Shown here: positions 50,691 to 61,668 of the stretch, piece by piece
Position numbering within the stretch: position 1 is the stretch's first letter
Layout of the letters: the number at the start of each line of letters is the position of its first letter
DNA from: Candidatus Methanomethylicia archaeon
GTDB lineage: Archaea > Thermoproteota > Methanomethylicia > CALHIW01
Assembly: GCA_038845975.1 (NCBI GenBank)
Contig: JAWBQF010000002.1
Location: 64,001 to 128,000, forward strand
Direction of reading: 5' to 3'
DNA: 64,000 nucleotides
Notes under the pieces: generated by a model
Told to the model about the DNA's origin: nothing
Seen by the model: only the letters and a program-made list of their open reading frames with translations
Database searches by the model: none
Position numbers and translations under genes: made by a program

Positions 50691-51236
50691 TTAGTTAGAT
50701 ATATTACTTAGCTTACTTCTGAATATTGGTAGTGTAACTCCACTCTGATACTGATACTTACCTAGATATGGCTTACTTGTAGGATTCGTTAGTTTTGCGA
50801 AGATTAAATGTAAAATTCTATCACCGACATACAGTTTAATAGGGAATGCAGTACCAGTAATTCCTACGGTTAATTGTCCTTCAAAATTTGCATCAACAAC
50901 TGTTGGCGGGATCATTAAGCCTAGCCTAGCATAGGTGCTTCTTAACTCTATAAAAGCCATAACATCAACTGGAAGCTTAATTTTTTCAAGAGTTGTTATT
51001 AGTATATGTTCGTGAGGATTTATTGTAAAGCTTTCACCCTTCTCAACTTGATAGTAGCTTTCTAAATCTACATTAATCTTATAGTCTAAAATCATATTGG
51101 AACTCTTTATCCTCGCAATCTCGCCTCCAAGCCTTAGATCAATACCATTCTCTCTTAAGCAATCCTCAGTAAATGGAGTTATAACTATACGTTTATTTTC
51201 AATATAGCTTTTTAAGTCGGAATCGCTTAAAATCAT
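50691..51236 (-). CDS. dcd: dCTP deaminase
   Basis: MILSD, IDLRL, RST.ARLG, VDA.FEG.LT and Y.GKYQ.Q. Confidence 0.93.
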   Translation of the reverse strand: MILSDSDLKSYIENKRIVITPFTEDCLRENGIDLRLGGEIARIKSSNMILDYKINVDLESYYQVEKGESFTINPHEHILITTLEKIKLPVDVMAFIELRSTYARLGLMIPPTVVDANFEGQLTVGITGTAFPIKLYVGDRILHLIFAKLTNPTSKPYLGKYQYQSGVTLPIFRSKLSNISN

Positions 51237-51324
51237 ATAAACACCAAAATAAAATCTACTATAAATATTTTATCTACCAGTAAATTTATAAAGAATGATG
51301 ATTAGGTAATTAATTGGTGTTAGA

Positions 51325-52488
51325 ATGGATTTTGAAATTTCAAAGGAACATAAATTAACCATTGAAGTTGTTAGGTCCTTCGCTGAAAAAGAGTTTAAGC
51401 CTGAAATTGCTAGGAAATATGATAGAGAAGAAAGGTTTCCATGGGAGATCCATAGGAAAGCTGCACAACAAGGATTTGTAAGACCTCACTGGAGGGAGGA
51501 GTATGGTGGTCAGGGAGCAGACTTCATAACTACAGTACTTGTTGTTGAAGAGCTTTGTAGAGCAGATTCAACGCTTGGCCAAGCAATACATACAGCTCAA
51601 TTTGGAAGTGAACTTATTAACATGTATGGAAATGAAGAACAGAAAAGAAAGTATCTACCTAAAATAGCATCTGGAGAATGGACTTCAAGCGGTGCAGCAA
51701 CAGAGCCTGCACGTGGAAGCGATATTACGATGCTGGATACTACTGCTCAGCGAAATGGTAACTACTATATAATTAATGGACGTAAAACATTCATAAGCAA
51801 TGCACCTATATCTCAGTTTGCAGTTGTCCTATGTCAAACAAATCCCCAGCTTAAACATAGAGGACAAAGCCTAATTATTGTTGAGAGGGGAACACCAGGA
51901 TATGAAACAACAACACTTCACGGTAAACTAGGTATAAGAGCATCTGAAACTGGTGAATTAATCTTCAATAATGTGAAAGTTCCAGTAGAAAACCTTGTAG
52001 GACAGGAGAATCAAGGCTTCTACTACTTTCTAAACTTTCTAAACCTTGGACGTGTAGAAGTATCTGCTGAAGCATTAGGTATGGCTCAAGGCGCTCTAGA
52101 AAGAGCTTTAAGCTATGCTAAGGAGAGAGTATGCTTTGGGCAGAAAATCATAAACTTCCAAGTATGGCAGCATAGACTTGTAGATGCTGCAACACAGCTT
52201 GAAGCAGCTAGACTACTCGTATATAGAGCAGCATACTACGTAGATAAGTATAGGAATCAGCCTCGAATACCGCCAGAAGTTACTTCCATGGTCTCTATGG
52301 CGAAAATATTTACAACAAGAACAGCCATACATGTTATTGATGAAGCTTTACAAGTATTTGGAGGCTACGGATACTTTGAAGAATTCGATATTGAAAGACG
52401 TTATAGAGACATAAGAATAACAGACATATATGAGGGAACAACAGAAATAAATAGAAATATAGTTGCATCCTATCTAATAGGAAAATAA
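51325..52488 (+). CDS. Acyl-CoA dehydrogenase
   Basis: TEPARGSD, NGRKTFISN, KLGIRAS, QVFGGYGY and IYEGT. Confidence 0.95.
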   Translation: MDFEISKEHKLTIEVVRSFAEKEFKPEIARKYDREERFPWEIHRKAAQQGFVRPHWREEYGGQGADFITTVLVVEELCRADSTLGQAIHTAQFGSELINMYGNEEQKRKYLPKIASGEWTSSGAATEPARGSDITMLDTTAQRNGNYYIINGRKTFISNAPISQFAVVLCQTNPQLKHRGQSLIIVERGTPGYETTTLHGKLGIRASETGELIFNNVKVPVENLVGQENQGFYYFLNFLNLGRVEVSAEALGMAQGALERALSYAKERVCFGQKIINFQVWQHRLVDAATQLEAARLLVYRAAYYVDKYRNQPRIPPEVTSMVSMAKIFTTRTAIHVIDEALQVFGGYGYFEEFDIERRYRDIRITDIYEGTTEINRNIVASYLIGK

Positions 52489-52734
52489 ACTTTAAAATAA
52501 ACTTATTTCTTTCATGTCAATTTAAGCCTCACTACTATTATAAGTCTTAAGCGCTTATCCTAACATAGTTTTCAAACACAGTAATTAGATTTAATAAGTT
52601 ACTCTCTATAACCATCCCTCAATAAGTAAGCTATAACATGAAACTAATTAAACACTACTAATAAATCACTTAAACACAACTATAATGCATCTATAGCTTA
52701 GTTAAGTTTCATTTAGTTAAGTATGCTTAAACAT

Positions 52735-52980
52735 TTAACCATTTATTTTAGTTAGATAGCTTAATACAAATCTATTATATGTTCTCGTTTTCCTATCAAT
52801 TATCTCTTTAATATCTTCAATATATTTCCTCTGCAGTACTTCATACTTCATCACGTCAATCACTCCGCTTTTAAGTTCCTCCTCAGCTTTAATTAAGGCT
52901 CCTAATGGTTCTCTTAGCTCCCGCCACTCATCAGGAATAATAAAAAGATTAATATCGATATCTTTAATCCTTAATTCCAC
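52735..52980 (-). CDS. Hypothetical protein
   Basis: 81-aa ORF with GTG start, GGTG RBS and an upstream TATA-like element; no family recognised. Confidence 0.55.
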   Translation of the reverse strand: MELRIKDIDINLFIIPDEWRELREPLGALIKAEEELKSGVIDVMKYEVLQRKYIEDIKEIIDRKTRTYNRFVLSYLTKING

Positions 52981-53130
52981 AGCACACCCACCAGTAATTC
53001 TACTAGAAAATTTAAATAAAGATATCTTTAGTAGGTTAATAAATAATACTATTGTATTACGTTAAGTTATTAAACTAATATAGTGTATTTAAGCGAAAAA
53101 TTTAAGCTTAGAGAATACATAGAACTAACT

Positions 53131-53481
53131 ATGGAGAGGAAGAGGAGAAAAACAATATTTGACGAGTTCTTCGGAGAATCTATATTTAAGGATTTAGAAA
53201 ACATATTTGAAGAGGGATTTCCAGTTAGGGGAGGATACTCAATATCGATTCAGCAAGTAGGTGGTAAAACGATTGTAAATGCTAAGGTTAGTGAAGAAGT
53301 TGATGTAGAACAGCTTGAAAAAGAACTTAGAAGAAAATATCCTAATGCCCAAATAAATATTGAAGGAGGAAAACCGAGAATAAGAGAAGTAACTGAGGAA
53401 AAGGAGGAGAAAGGCAGGGATACGAAAACACTTATGCAAAGAGAAGCTAGAAAGCCAAGAATAATAGTAGAGGATGAATAA
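53131..53481 (+). CDS. Small charged protein with an archaeal Hsp20-like N-terminus
   Basis: RRKTIFDEFF...F..GGYSISI resembles sHSP N-termini, but no full alpha-crystallin domain is evident. The ATG at 53131 is preferred as start. Confidence 0.6.
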   Translation: MERKRRKTIFDEFFGESIFKDLENIFEEGFPVRGGYSISIQQVGGKTIVNAKVSEEVDVEQLEKELRRKYPNAQINIEGGKPRIREVTEEKEEKGRDTKTLMQREARKPRIIVEDE

Positions 53482-53501
53482 CTAACAAAAGCTTAGCTAT
53501 T

Positions 53502-54143
53502 ATGGTTAAGATTGTTTCATTTGATCTTGACGGTACACTTATTAAGAAGAGTTTTGCAGACTATTTCTGGCTTGAACTAATTCCAAAACACTACTCTAAA
53601 AAATATGGATTAACAATTGATGAAGCTAAAAGAATAGTTATTAGAGAGTATGAAGCTGTAGGAATGGATGATATTAGATGGTATATACCTGAATATTGGA
53701 TAAATCTTTTTAGACTTAACTTCAACGTGGAGAAGGAGCTTAATAGTATTAAGCATCTTGCTGAACCTTATCCTGACGCTATTGAAATACTTGAAAGCCT
53801 ATATGGTAGATATGATCTAGTAATTGCAACAAATGCACATAGGAAATTCATTGAGGTTGAAATCAGAGTAATTGGCGAGAAATATTTTAAACATGTATTT
53901 TCATGCGTTTCAAACTATAACCTACCTAGAAAAACAGAGGAATTCTACATTAATATAGCTAGAGAACTAAACGTGGAGCTAAACGATATAGTTCATGTTG
54001 GAGATGATGAAAAATACGATTTTATAATTCCGAGAAGAATTGGAGTTAAAGCATATTATCTAAATAGAAACTGTAAGGAAAGCTCTCAATACATAATTAA
54101 AAGCCTACTAGAGCTGAAAAACATATTGATAGATAATCTATAA
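53502..54143 (+). CDS. HAD-superfamily hydrolase
   Basis: FDLDGTL, ATN, K and HVGD...D motifs. Confidence 0.92.
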   Translation: MVKIVSFDLDGTLIKKSFADYFWLELIPKHYSKKYGLTIDEAKRIVIREYEAVGMDDIRWYIPEYWINLFRLNFNVEKELNSIKHLAEPYPDAIEILESLYGRYDLVIATNAHRKFIEVEIRVIGEKYFKHVFSCVSNYNLPRKTEEFYINIARELNVELNDIVHVGDDEKYDFIIPRRIGVKAYYLNRNCKESSQYIIKSLLELKNILIDNL

Positions 54144-54932
54144 CTTAGCTAATCTACTTAAAACCATTTCTAACATTACATCTTTCCAAAGCCTACTAGC
54201 ATCTTCAAAATACGCCCATCTTCCTCTTATTCTTTCTATGACCTCTATATTTACATTATATATTCCAATAGCTTCATCCTCGTTAAGCTCATATACGATT
54301 TCACCTTCAGGCGATGCTATATAGCTATGCCCATTTACCAATCTACCATCAGGATATGTGGTTCCAGTATTATTTACAAATACATAAAAGACAGTATTTT
54401 CAGCAGCTCTAGTACATCCTAAACTACGCCATAAACTTATCCTATTATATGGTATATTTGATGGATTAAATATTATTGATGCTCCTTTAATAGCTAGAAT
54501 TCTTGATAGTTCAGGATACATAGCATCAACGCATATTAAAACTCCAAAACATATATTACCGGCTGTAAATACTTGAATATCCGTATATGAAGTAACATAA
54601 TCACGTTCCCCTACAGCTCTTGATGGAAAATGCTTACCAGCATATCCTATAATCTTACCGTTTAAAGCTACATGACATAAATCATAAATTCTACCATTAC
54701 AATCTATGAAGAGCCCACCAGTAATAATTACTTTACCAGTACTCTCCTCCAAAATTCTTGGTAGTATTTTTTCCTCTAATACCTTAACAGATATCGTATT
54801 TCTTGAAACCCAGGCTTCAGGGAAACATACAATATCGACGTTATCTATGGAGTGTAGTATTTCATAGGCATGTTCCAAATTAGCTTCTAAATCCCTACTT
54901 CTTCTAAACTGTATAATTCCAATTTTAACCAT
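54138..54932 (-). CDS. Carbon-nitrogen hydrolase (nitrilase superfamily)
   Basis: E-K-C triad in FPE, GKHF and ICVD; also RAAEN and GHS.I..PEG. Confidence 0.9.
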   Translation of the reverse strand: MVKIGIIQFRRSRDLEANLEHAYEILHSIDNVDIVCFPEAWVSRNTISVKVLEEKILPRILEESTGKVIITGGLFIDCNGRIYDLCHVALNGKIIGYAGKHFPSRAVGERDYVTSYTDIQVFTAGNICFGVLICVDAMYPELSRILAIKGASIIFNPSNIPYNRISLWRSLGCTRAAENTVFYVFVNNTGTTYPDGRLVNGHSYIASPEGEIVYELNEDEAIGIYNVNIEVIERIRGRWAYFEDASRLWKDVMLEMVLSRLAKL

Positions 54933-54939
54933 ATAGACA

Positions 54940-55911
54940 CTATCTTAAATGCTCAAATCCTCTTCTCTCAATTTCAAACTTTACAGCTCCATCATCATAA
55001 TATATTCTCCCACCATCTATTACCCTTCCTATTTCTATTAAGACACCGTTTAAAGCCTTAACAGCTTCAACCCACTTCTCAGGCTTCACTGTTACTACAA
55101 GTTCATACTCTTCTCCACCGTAGAGTGCAAGATCTATAGGATTCAATCTATTAGCTTCTGCAAACAGTTTAACTTCTTCTGCTATAGGTATATTATGTAT
55201 ATGGAATCCAATATTTCCAGCCTTTGAAAGCTCATGTAGACTCCAAGCTAAACCATCACTACTATCAATACTTGAAGTTAATGCGTCAATACTTGATAGC
55301 TTTAACCCCTCATTAAGTCTAGCCTTAGGCTCATATATAGATCTTAACAGTTTCCCGGCAATATTCATTGGGGCAAAATATCCTTCAAGAGCTATCTTTA
55401 ACCCTGCAGCTGATCTACCAAACTCTCCAGTGACAGCTACAATATCTCCTGGCTTCGCCCCTCTCCTACCTACTATTCTATTTTTGAATCCGATACCAAA
55501 TAGAAAGCCGGCTAGAATAAGATTTAGAGATTCATTAGTATCACCACCTAAATAGTTTATAGAATAGTATTTACATGCATCTCTAATACCTTCAATAAGC
55601 TCTCTAAGAGGCTTAACTTCAAATCCTCTTGGAATCCCCATGGAAAGCAGAAATACCTGAGGCTTAACTCCTTTAGCTGCAAAATCACTTACATTCATTG
55701 TTACTACCTTCCATCCTGCCTGATAATAACTCATACCGGGGGGAATATCAGTATAGTCTACAAGCATATCAGTTTTAACTACTGCAAGTATATCTCCTCC
55801 TAAATCATAGGCAACAACATCATCGCCAAATCCTAAAAAATCCCCTTTAAAATCTTCTACAATTCTTGAAATAATCTCTATAATCCCTCGTTCTCCAATA
55901 CTTAAAACCAT
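54940..55911 (-). CDS. thiL: Thiamine-monophosphate kinase
   Basis: GDD, KTD, NVSDFAAKG, GGDT, IDSSDGL and GGEEYEL. Confidence 0.94.
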   Translation of the reverse strand: MVLSIGERGIIEIISRIVEDFKGDFLGFGDDVVAYDLGGDILAVVKTDMLVDYTDIPPGMSYYQAGWKVVTMNVSDFAAKGVKPQVFLLSMGIPRGFEVKPLRELIEGIRDACKYYSINYLGGDTNESLNLILAGFLFGIGFKNRIVGRRGAKPGDIVAVTGEFGRSAAGLKIALEGYFAPMNIAGKLLRSIYEPKARLNEGLKLSSIDALTSSIDSSDGLAWSLHELSKAGNIGFHIHNIPIAEEVKLFAEANRLNPIDLALYGGEEYELVVTVKPEKWVEAVKALNGVLIEIGRVIDGGRIYYDDGAVKFEIERRGFEHLR

Positions 55912-56122
55912 AAATGAAATTTAGAAAGCAGAATTTAAGCTTAATCTCTTAAAGATTAAAATATTACTATATCTAAGTGGAAGGATAATACCGTATTAAA
56001 TCTTTAACAACTCAGTATGGCTTATGAATTTTAGATATAAAATCATGTATAGCTAATGGTTTAAGTTTGTAAAGCTCTCAATATTAAGGAAAAGTTTTTA
56101 AGAGATGAAGTCAGGTTAATCT

Positions 56123-56683
56123 ATGCATTTTAGAGAAATTACATTAATGCTTATTGTTAGCACTTTAATTTTCATCATGTTTATTTTCATAGGATATGAA
56201 GCTGAATCATTTCTAGATGTTTTTGAATCATTAGGTGAAACCTTCAAATCTCTAGCGAGACTTAACCCATACCTACTAGCTCTAATAATATTTCTAAACA
56301 ATGCTATTAAGATGTTTATAACAATAGTTTTAGGAGTTACTATAGGTATATTTCCAGTAATATTTATTTCTCTTAATGGATTAATGCTTGGCTATGCTAT
56401 ACGTATAGCACTACCTGAATTAGGAGTATTAGGTGTAGCATCATTAATTCTACCCCATGGAGTTTTAGAAATTCCAGCAGCACTACTCTCAACAGCTCTT
56501 GGGCTTTTAGTAGGTTTAGAAACAATTAAGAAGATAATACATAAAGAAGCATCCATTAAGGAGACTTTAAAGCATAGTCTAAAAATATATGTTAAATATG
56601 TAGTACCAATGCTTGCTATTGCAGCAGTAGTAGAGGGATTTATAACGCCATATATTTCAAGACTAGTTATTCCAGGAAGATGA
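56123..56683 (+). CDS. SpoIIM / DUF95 family membrane protein
   Basis: IFLNN, NG..LG, ILPHGVLEIPA and AAVVE. Confidence 0.9.
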   Translation: MHFREITLMLIVSTLIFIMFIFIGYEAESFLDVFESLGETFKSLARLNPYLLALIIFLNNAIKMFITIVLGVTIGIFPVIFISLNGLMLGYAIRIALPELGVLGVASLILPHGVLEIPAALLSTALGLLVGLETIKKIIHKEASIKETLKHSLKIYVKYVVPMLAIAAVVEGFITPYISRLVIPGR

Positions 56684-57144
56684 TTTAAACTATTAATAAA
56701 CTCGATATTCTAACATACAACGTCCTAACGAGAAACTTTTAAACTCTAGATATGGTTTTGAAGGATTTCAAAGATTATTACAATTATAAAGATAGATTGT
56801 AAGATATAGTTTAAATATTAAGAGAATATTCCAAAATTTAGTTTAAGCATAAATAATTCATAGAGTTAAGTGTTGAGAAAATAGTTGTTTAGAAGTTTTC
56901 AGGTAAAAATAGGAGAAGTTTCTACAAGCATTATTCATTGAGAATAGAATCACTCCATAAATGGAAGCTTAATAATGTCTATGAAGTCGGTAAAGTAAAC
57001 AAGTAACTAAAATTGTTAGAGGAATGGTGAAAACCTAATTTATGATAAAACAATGAAGCTTAAACGAAGCGATTTAATTCCTAGTAATAATTTATCCTCA
57101 TGGTTAAAATCAGTAATATATAGTAGACATTAATACTCTACAAA

Positions 57145-59049
57145 TTATTGATTATTCATTGTATTATTGAGAATTGTTTGTTTATTATTAAGTTGACTAC
57201 TAGCTAATAGAATGGAAACAATTTTTCTAACTAGTTGGCTAGCTATTGGACAGTTCCTTAAGCAATTCCTACAGCTAATACATGATTTTTCATTTACTGA
57301 AACATAGCTATTAACCGTTATAGAATTTGTTGGACAACTATATGTACACGATCCACATTTAACACAGTGTAAGCTACGATAAATAATTCCTAATACATCA
57401 GCAATATTTATAATAGAGCAGTTTCCCTTGATATTTAATGTAGACCCGTTAAATTTAAATGTATAGTTTAAGCCTTTAAGAGTAATTGTTTCACAATCAT
57501 ACTGGTTGAGAACACCTAGAATTCGATGTTGTTTAAGAACTAGGCTAGGATCTATTCTACTACCTAACTTTACATATGCTTCATCTACTCCCAGTTTAAA
57601 CTCTAGAATTACTGGATTTAACCATTTTAAGAGGGAACTATTCCAGTCTTGAATTCTTATCTTCACTTTTCTTGCTATTTTTATTTTTGGAGATGTATTA
57701 CTTAGCCATCTCCATAATCCAAAATCAACCCATTCCTCACTATAGCCTAATTTACGAGCCCAGTTAGAAAGTAGGCTTCTCCATTTAGACCATAGTTCAG
57801 GATATGTTTCCTCAACATGTTTAAACTCAGATAGTCTACTTGCAGGACATAGGAAACATCCGATTCTATCAAATCCTTTAAAGTATAGCTTATTCACGTC
57901 AAGTCTTTTAAAATGTATATATAGCCAAACTGCTAGTGAACTCCATCTATATATTGGACTTGTACATATAAGATTTGGTACCCATTCATTCCTCCATACT
58001 GGTGGATTTTTAGATCTTTCTATGGATTCAAATGATCTTTGACCTAGAATGTTTAAGGCTTCATTAGGCCAATGTTTTAAAGCAGTTCTAGCAGCAGGTA
58101 TTAGCTTACATATTTTACAGCACCATCTATAATCCCTACCTGGAGGACCGAAAACACTAAACGACCTCCAGAAAGCATCTCCTGCTGAAGCAACTACAAG
58201 ATTTAAACCCATTGAATCCGTAACTCTATAAACATTGCTTACCGTTTCCGGAAGTTCAATACCTGTATCGTTGAAAAGTACTTGAACACCACCAACAGTT
58301 GAAACCGTTAGATGTAGGGAAACTAGACTATCCTTACCTCCAGAATATGATACTACAATAGGCTTCTTAAACTTCTCCCATAAAACATATATGTGTTTAC
58401 ATGCTCTAGATTCAAGCCTATAAATATAGCTGGAATTACATTTATAAACATCATCTAGAAATGTATTCCTAGATGGAATATTATTCTCTCTTGATCTAAA
58501 TTTAAAAACATTTAAAACTCTAGCTTTACCATTTTTACCAACATAAGCTATAGCTATAGGCTCACCATTAAAAACAATAATAACCTGATCCCCATTAGAA
58601 AACTTTGAGGCATCTAGAAATACTCCACGTTTAACCATCCAGTCAACATTTAAAACCTTACTAAAACCAATTTCTAAAGCTCTTAAAGCACCGGTATATG
58701 AAAACCTAAATCTCCACCTTCTCTCAACAGGATTATAAAATATCTTACCTAGCCTAACACCATTAACAAAAACTTCTTTCATATCGTCAATATACATAAG
58801 CTTGTTTAGAAGAATAAAGCTATTATAACCGATAAACTTATCAAACATATTAAATCCAGACTCTAACTCTAAAGCATTCCTTAAAATCTCCACATCATAG
58901 CTGAAAGCAGGCCTAGCATCACCAGGATCAGCTAAATCAATCCTAAACCCATGGCCACCACACTTACAGCATAAACTATCCAGAAGAGGGGAATTACATA
59001 CACTACACCACCAAAGCTTTACAGTTTCACCAGGCCATCTTACAGCCAT
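57145..59049 (-). CDS. PAPS-reductase-family (PP-loop) protein with N-terminal Zn ribbon and C-terminal 2x[4Fe-4S] domain
   Basis: SYSGGKDS, DTG.E.PET, RWCCKICK, RIGCFLCP, CVKCGSCTYSCP and CISCRNCLRNCP. Confidence 0.88.
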   Translation of the reverse strand: MAVRWPGETVKLWWCSVCNSPLLDSLCCKCGGHGFRIDLADPGDARPAFSYDVEILRNALELESGFNMFDKFIGYNSFILLNKLMYIDDMKEVFVNGVRLGKIFYNPVERRWRFRFSYTGALRALEIGFSKVLNVDWMVKRGVFLDASKFSNGDQVIIVFNGEPIAIAYVGKNGKARVLNVFKFRSRENNIPSRNTFLDDVYKCNSSYIYRLESRACKHIYVLWEKFKKPIVVSYSGGKDSLVSLHLTVSTVGGVQVLFNDTGIELPETVSNVYRVTDSMGLNLVVASAGDAFWRSFSVFGPPGRDYRWCCKICKLIPAARTALKHWPNEALNILGQRSFESIERSKNPPVWRNEWVPNLICTSPIYRWSSLAVWLYIHFKRLDVNKLYFKGFDRIGCFLCPASRLSEFKHVEETYPELWSKWRSLLSNWARKLGYSEEWVDFGLWRWLSNTSPKIKIARKVKIRIQDWNSSLLKWLNPVILEFKLGVDEAYVKLGSRIDPSLVLKQHRILGVLNQYDCETITLKGLNYTFKFNGSTLNIKGNCSIINIADVLGIIYRSLHCVKCGSCTYSCPTNSITVNSYVSVNEKSCISCRNCLRNCPIASQLVRKIVSILLASSQLNNKQTILNNTMNNQ

Positions 59050-59058
59050 AAAAGCTAC

Positions 59059-59316
59059 CTAAAGCATGGAGATATCTAAAACCTTTAACGCTATTAGTCT
59101 CTCTTTTTCTCCATAGTATAATGTAATCAATCCATCCCAAGTTATATCCCAATATTTAGGTTTCCCTCTCTTAAATCTTATAAGAAGAGTTCCAGTATAC
59201 CTATTATACTTAGCTGTAGTAATTCTTCTAGGAAGAACTAAACTGTATTTTTCTTCAATTCTAGTTAAGACATCGCCTAAATCTATGTATAGTAGATTAT
59301 ACGTACTCCTATTCAT
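59059..59316 (-). CDS. Small protein, DUF2283-like
   Basis: Y....GTLLIRF ... G.I.L.Y....LIALKVLD pattern. Confidence 0.55.
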   Translation of the reverse strand: MNRSTYNLLYIDLGDVLTRIEEKYSLVLPRRITTAKYNRYTGTLLIRFKRGKPKYWDITWDGLITLYYGEKERLIALKVLDISML

Positions 59317-59361
59317 TTAAACCCCTAGTAAATTAATAATAAATTCTTCCATTATCTTAAC

Positions 59362-60432
59362 CTATATCCTCCAATACCTTCCAATAATTTGTCTAATATC
59401 TTTCATTAATTTATCTATATGTTCTAAAGCTCTCTTTGATGAATTTGTTAATCCCTCACCAACCTCATACATTAATCCAGCCATCTCTGCAATAACAGCT
59501 ACAATCGATATCTTTAAGCCGTATCCATAGCCACCTTCAAGAACAGCAGCAACCCTACCACTACATGTTTCTGAAGCAACATTAAGAATCTTATTGAAAG
59601 CATATCTATATCCATGAGCTGATAGATTCATATTCGTTATCGGATCACCTGAATGAGCATCAAAACCAGTAGATACAAGTATAAATTCCGGCTCATACTG
59701 TTTAAGTATAGGTACTACAACAGTATCGAAAACCATCATATACACATCATCACCAGTACCTGGAGGTAAAGGTATATTGATGTTGTATCCCTCACCATCA
59801 CCCTCACCAACTTCATCGATATATCCTGTTCCAGGATATAGTGTACGTGGGTCTTGATGTGTACTAATAAATAAAACCTTAGATGTATTGTAAAATATTT
59901 CCTGTGTACCGTTTCCATGATGACAGTCAACGTCAACAATAGCAATTTTACTGAAACCTTCTCTAAGAAGTTTTGAAGCAGAAATAGCAACATTATTAAA
60001 TATACAGAAGCCAGCTGAAGGAGCTGTAAGAGCAGCTCCATTAAAACCTACATGATGACCAGGTGGTCTAACCAATGCGAAAGCATTAGAAAGCCTACCT
60101 TCAACTATAAGTCTACAAGCCTCCAACAACCCACCAGCAGCAAACAGAGCAGCATTCCAGCTATCTTTAGACACTACAGTATCAGAATCTAATGCTCCAC
60201 CACCACGTTCAGCAATTCTCCTAACGAGATCTATATAATCGCTACTATGAACAAGCTTAATCTCATCAATAGATGCTTTCCTAGGCTTAACAATCTCTAC
60301 GGAGCCTGAAAACAACAATCCAGATTCTCTAAGAGACTCCAAAGCATCTCTAAGCCTCTTCGGAGATTCAGGATGACCAAAACCAGTATCATGAAGTAAA
60401 TAAACATCATCATATATTATTCCAGCCTTCAT
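59362..60432 (-). CDS. Zn-dependent histone deacetylase / acetoin-utilisation family protein
   Basis: HPE, RPPGHH, GFCIFNN, DCHHGNGTQ, GFDAH and LEGGY. Confidence 0.94.
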   Translation of the reverse strand: MKAGIIYDDVYLLHDTGFGHPESPKRLRDALESLRESGLLFSGSVEIVKPRKASIDEIKLVHSSDYIDLVRRIAERGGGALDSDTVVSKDSWNAALFAAGGLLEACRLIVEGRLSNAFALVRPPGHHVGFNGAALTAPSAGFCIFNNVAISASKLLREGFSKIAIVDVDCHHGNGTQEIFYNTSKVLFISTHQDPRTLYPGTGYIDEVGEGDGEGYNINIPLPPGTGDDVYMMVFDTVVVPILKQYEPEFILVSTGFDAHSGDPITNMNLSAHGYRYAFNKILNVASETCSGRVAAVLEGGYGYGLKISIVAVIAEMAGLMYEVGEGLTNSSKRALEHIDKLMKDIRQIIGRYWRI

Positions 60433-60753
60433 AAATAGCTATAGAGGAAGAAATATATATTCTTAACTAGCATCAATCTACAAGATTCTCGCTAGAAACC
60501 TACGGAGTAAAGGATGCTTCAAGTAAATATAAACTAAAAATAATATTTCAACCTTAAAGGAGACTATATATGAACTAGATGAATCCTCAAAACCCAATAG
60601 CTATAGTATTATCTAGTATTTGAAAACTAAGTATTTCTACTATTATTTTCCCGCATATAATGGTTAAGTATGGGAAATTCAGCATGTTTTACTTATTTCA
60701 TTCAGTGCAGAGTTCTAGCTTAGTATTGTTATTACTATTGGATATGAAGTTCT

Positions 60754-61668
60754 CTATGAAGCTAATCTATCAACGGCATCTATAATCCCTATGAAGGACT
60801 CATATTTTCCCGGTGGAGTATATAAACAGTGGCATAAACCTTCAAAAACATAAATTGGGAAAACATATGTTCTCTGGGGATATCCTCCTCCAACTTTATA
60901 TCTTATATTTATTTTGTTTATGATTAGATTATCAATGTCTTTATAGTTTACGAAGCAAACTAAGGGTCCCTTTGGTGGATGGCCGTACCTTATGTATTTT
61001 AGAAGGATTTCGTATGCTTCTTTAGGTTTTATTATTTTAAATTCTTTATCTGGTTTGAATCTGTATATTAGCCCCTCAATACATAGGACTTCGCCTCTTT
61101 CACCGAGGGATATATATACTCCTAGAGTATCAGCTGTATAATTTCCTATTCTCATTCTGAAGGCTACCGCTGTTGCTGATCCCCCTCTATTTACACTTAT
61201 AACGGTATCTGGTAGTGTAAGGTTTAACTCCTCTATGATTGACTTAGCTTTAGCTATTGCTTCCTCCTCAGATAATGGTTGAGGTCTTAGCAATCCCCAA
61301 TCACCTCTCTTCATATATCTAAACCATCCAAGAGGTACATTAACCTCAAGCTCACTAGTTTCATCGGCAAAACAATAGACTTCACCGTCTGTTGCGTTAT
61401 GTATAAGATTTTTAAAGAGTTTACGTGCAAGATCATAGGCAAACATATTTGCCTCCTCCTGATTTACCGGTATTATCTTATAAACCATGAGGTTCTCAGG
61501 CACTTCAGGAAATGATGTATTAACTACAACATTAAATAATAATGAATTACCACCACCTAGACCAAATATTCCTTCTTGAAGAGTTTCTGAAGGTAGATAT
61601 AAAATAACTATGGATGTAAATATAGCTATAATTATAATTGGAAGAATAAGTTTAGCTTTCATATCCAT
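60754..61668 (-). CDS. Membrane-anchored extracellular protein (PepSY/YcdB-like repeats)
   Basis: N-terminal TM, VYKI, LSEEEAIAKAK, I.P.EAY, P.YVF.G and IDAV. Overlaps the upstream DUF6345-like gene. Confidence 0.65.
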   Translation of the reverse strand: MDMKAKLILPIIIIAIFTSIVILYLPSETLQEGIFGLGGGNSLLFNVVVNTSFPEVPENLMVYKIIPVNQEEANMFAYDLARKLFKNLIHNATDGEVYCFADETSELEVNVPLGWFRYMKRGDWGLLRPQPLSEEEAIAKAKSIIEELNLTLPDTVISVNRGGSATAVAFRMRIGNYTADTLGVYISLGERGEVLCIEGLIYRFKPDKEFKIIKPKEAYEILLKYIRYGHPPKGPLVCFVNYKDIDNLIINKINIRYKVGGGYPQRTYVFPIYVFEGLCHCLYTPPGKYESFIGIIDAVDRLAS

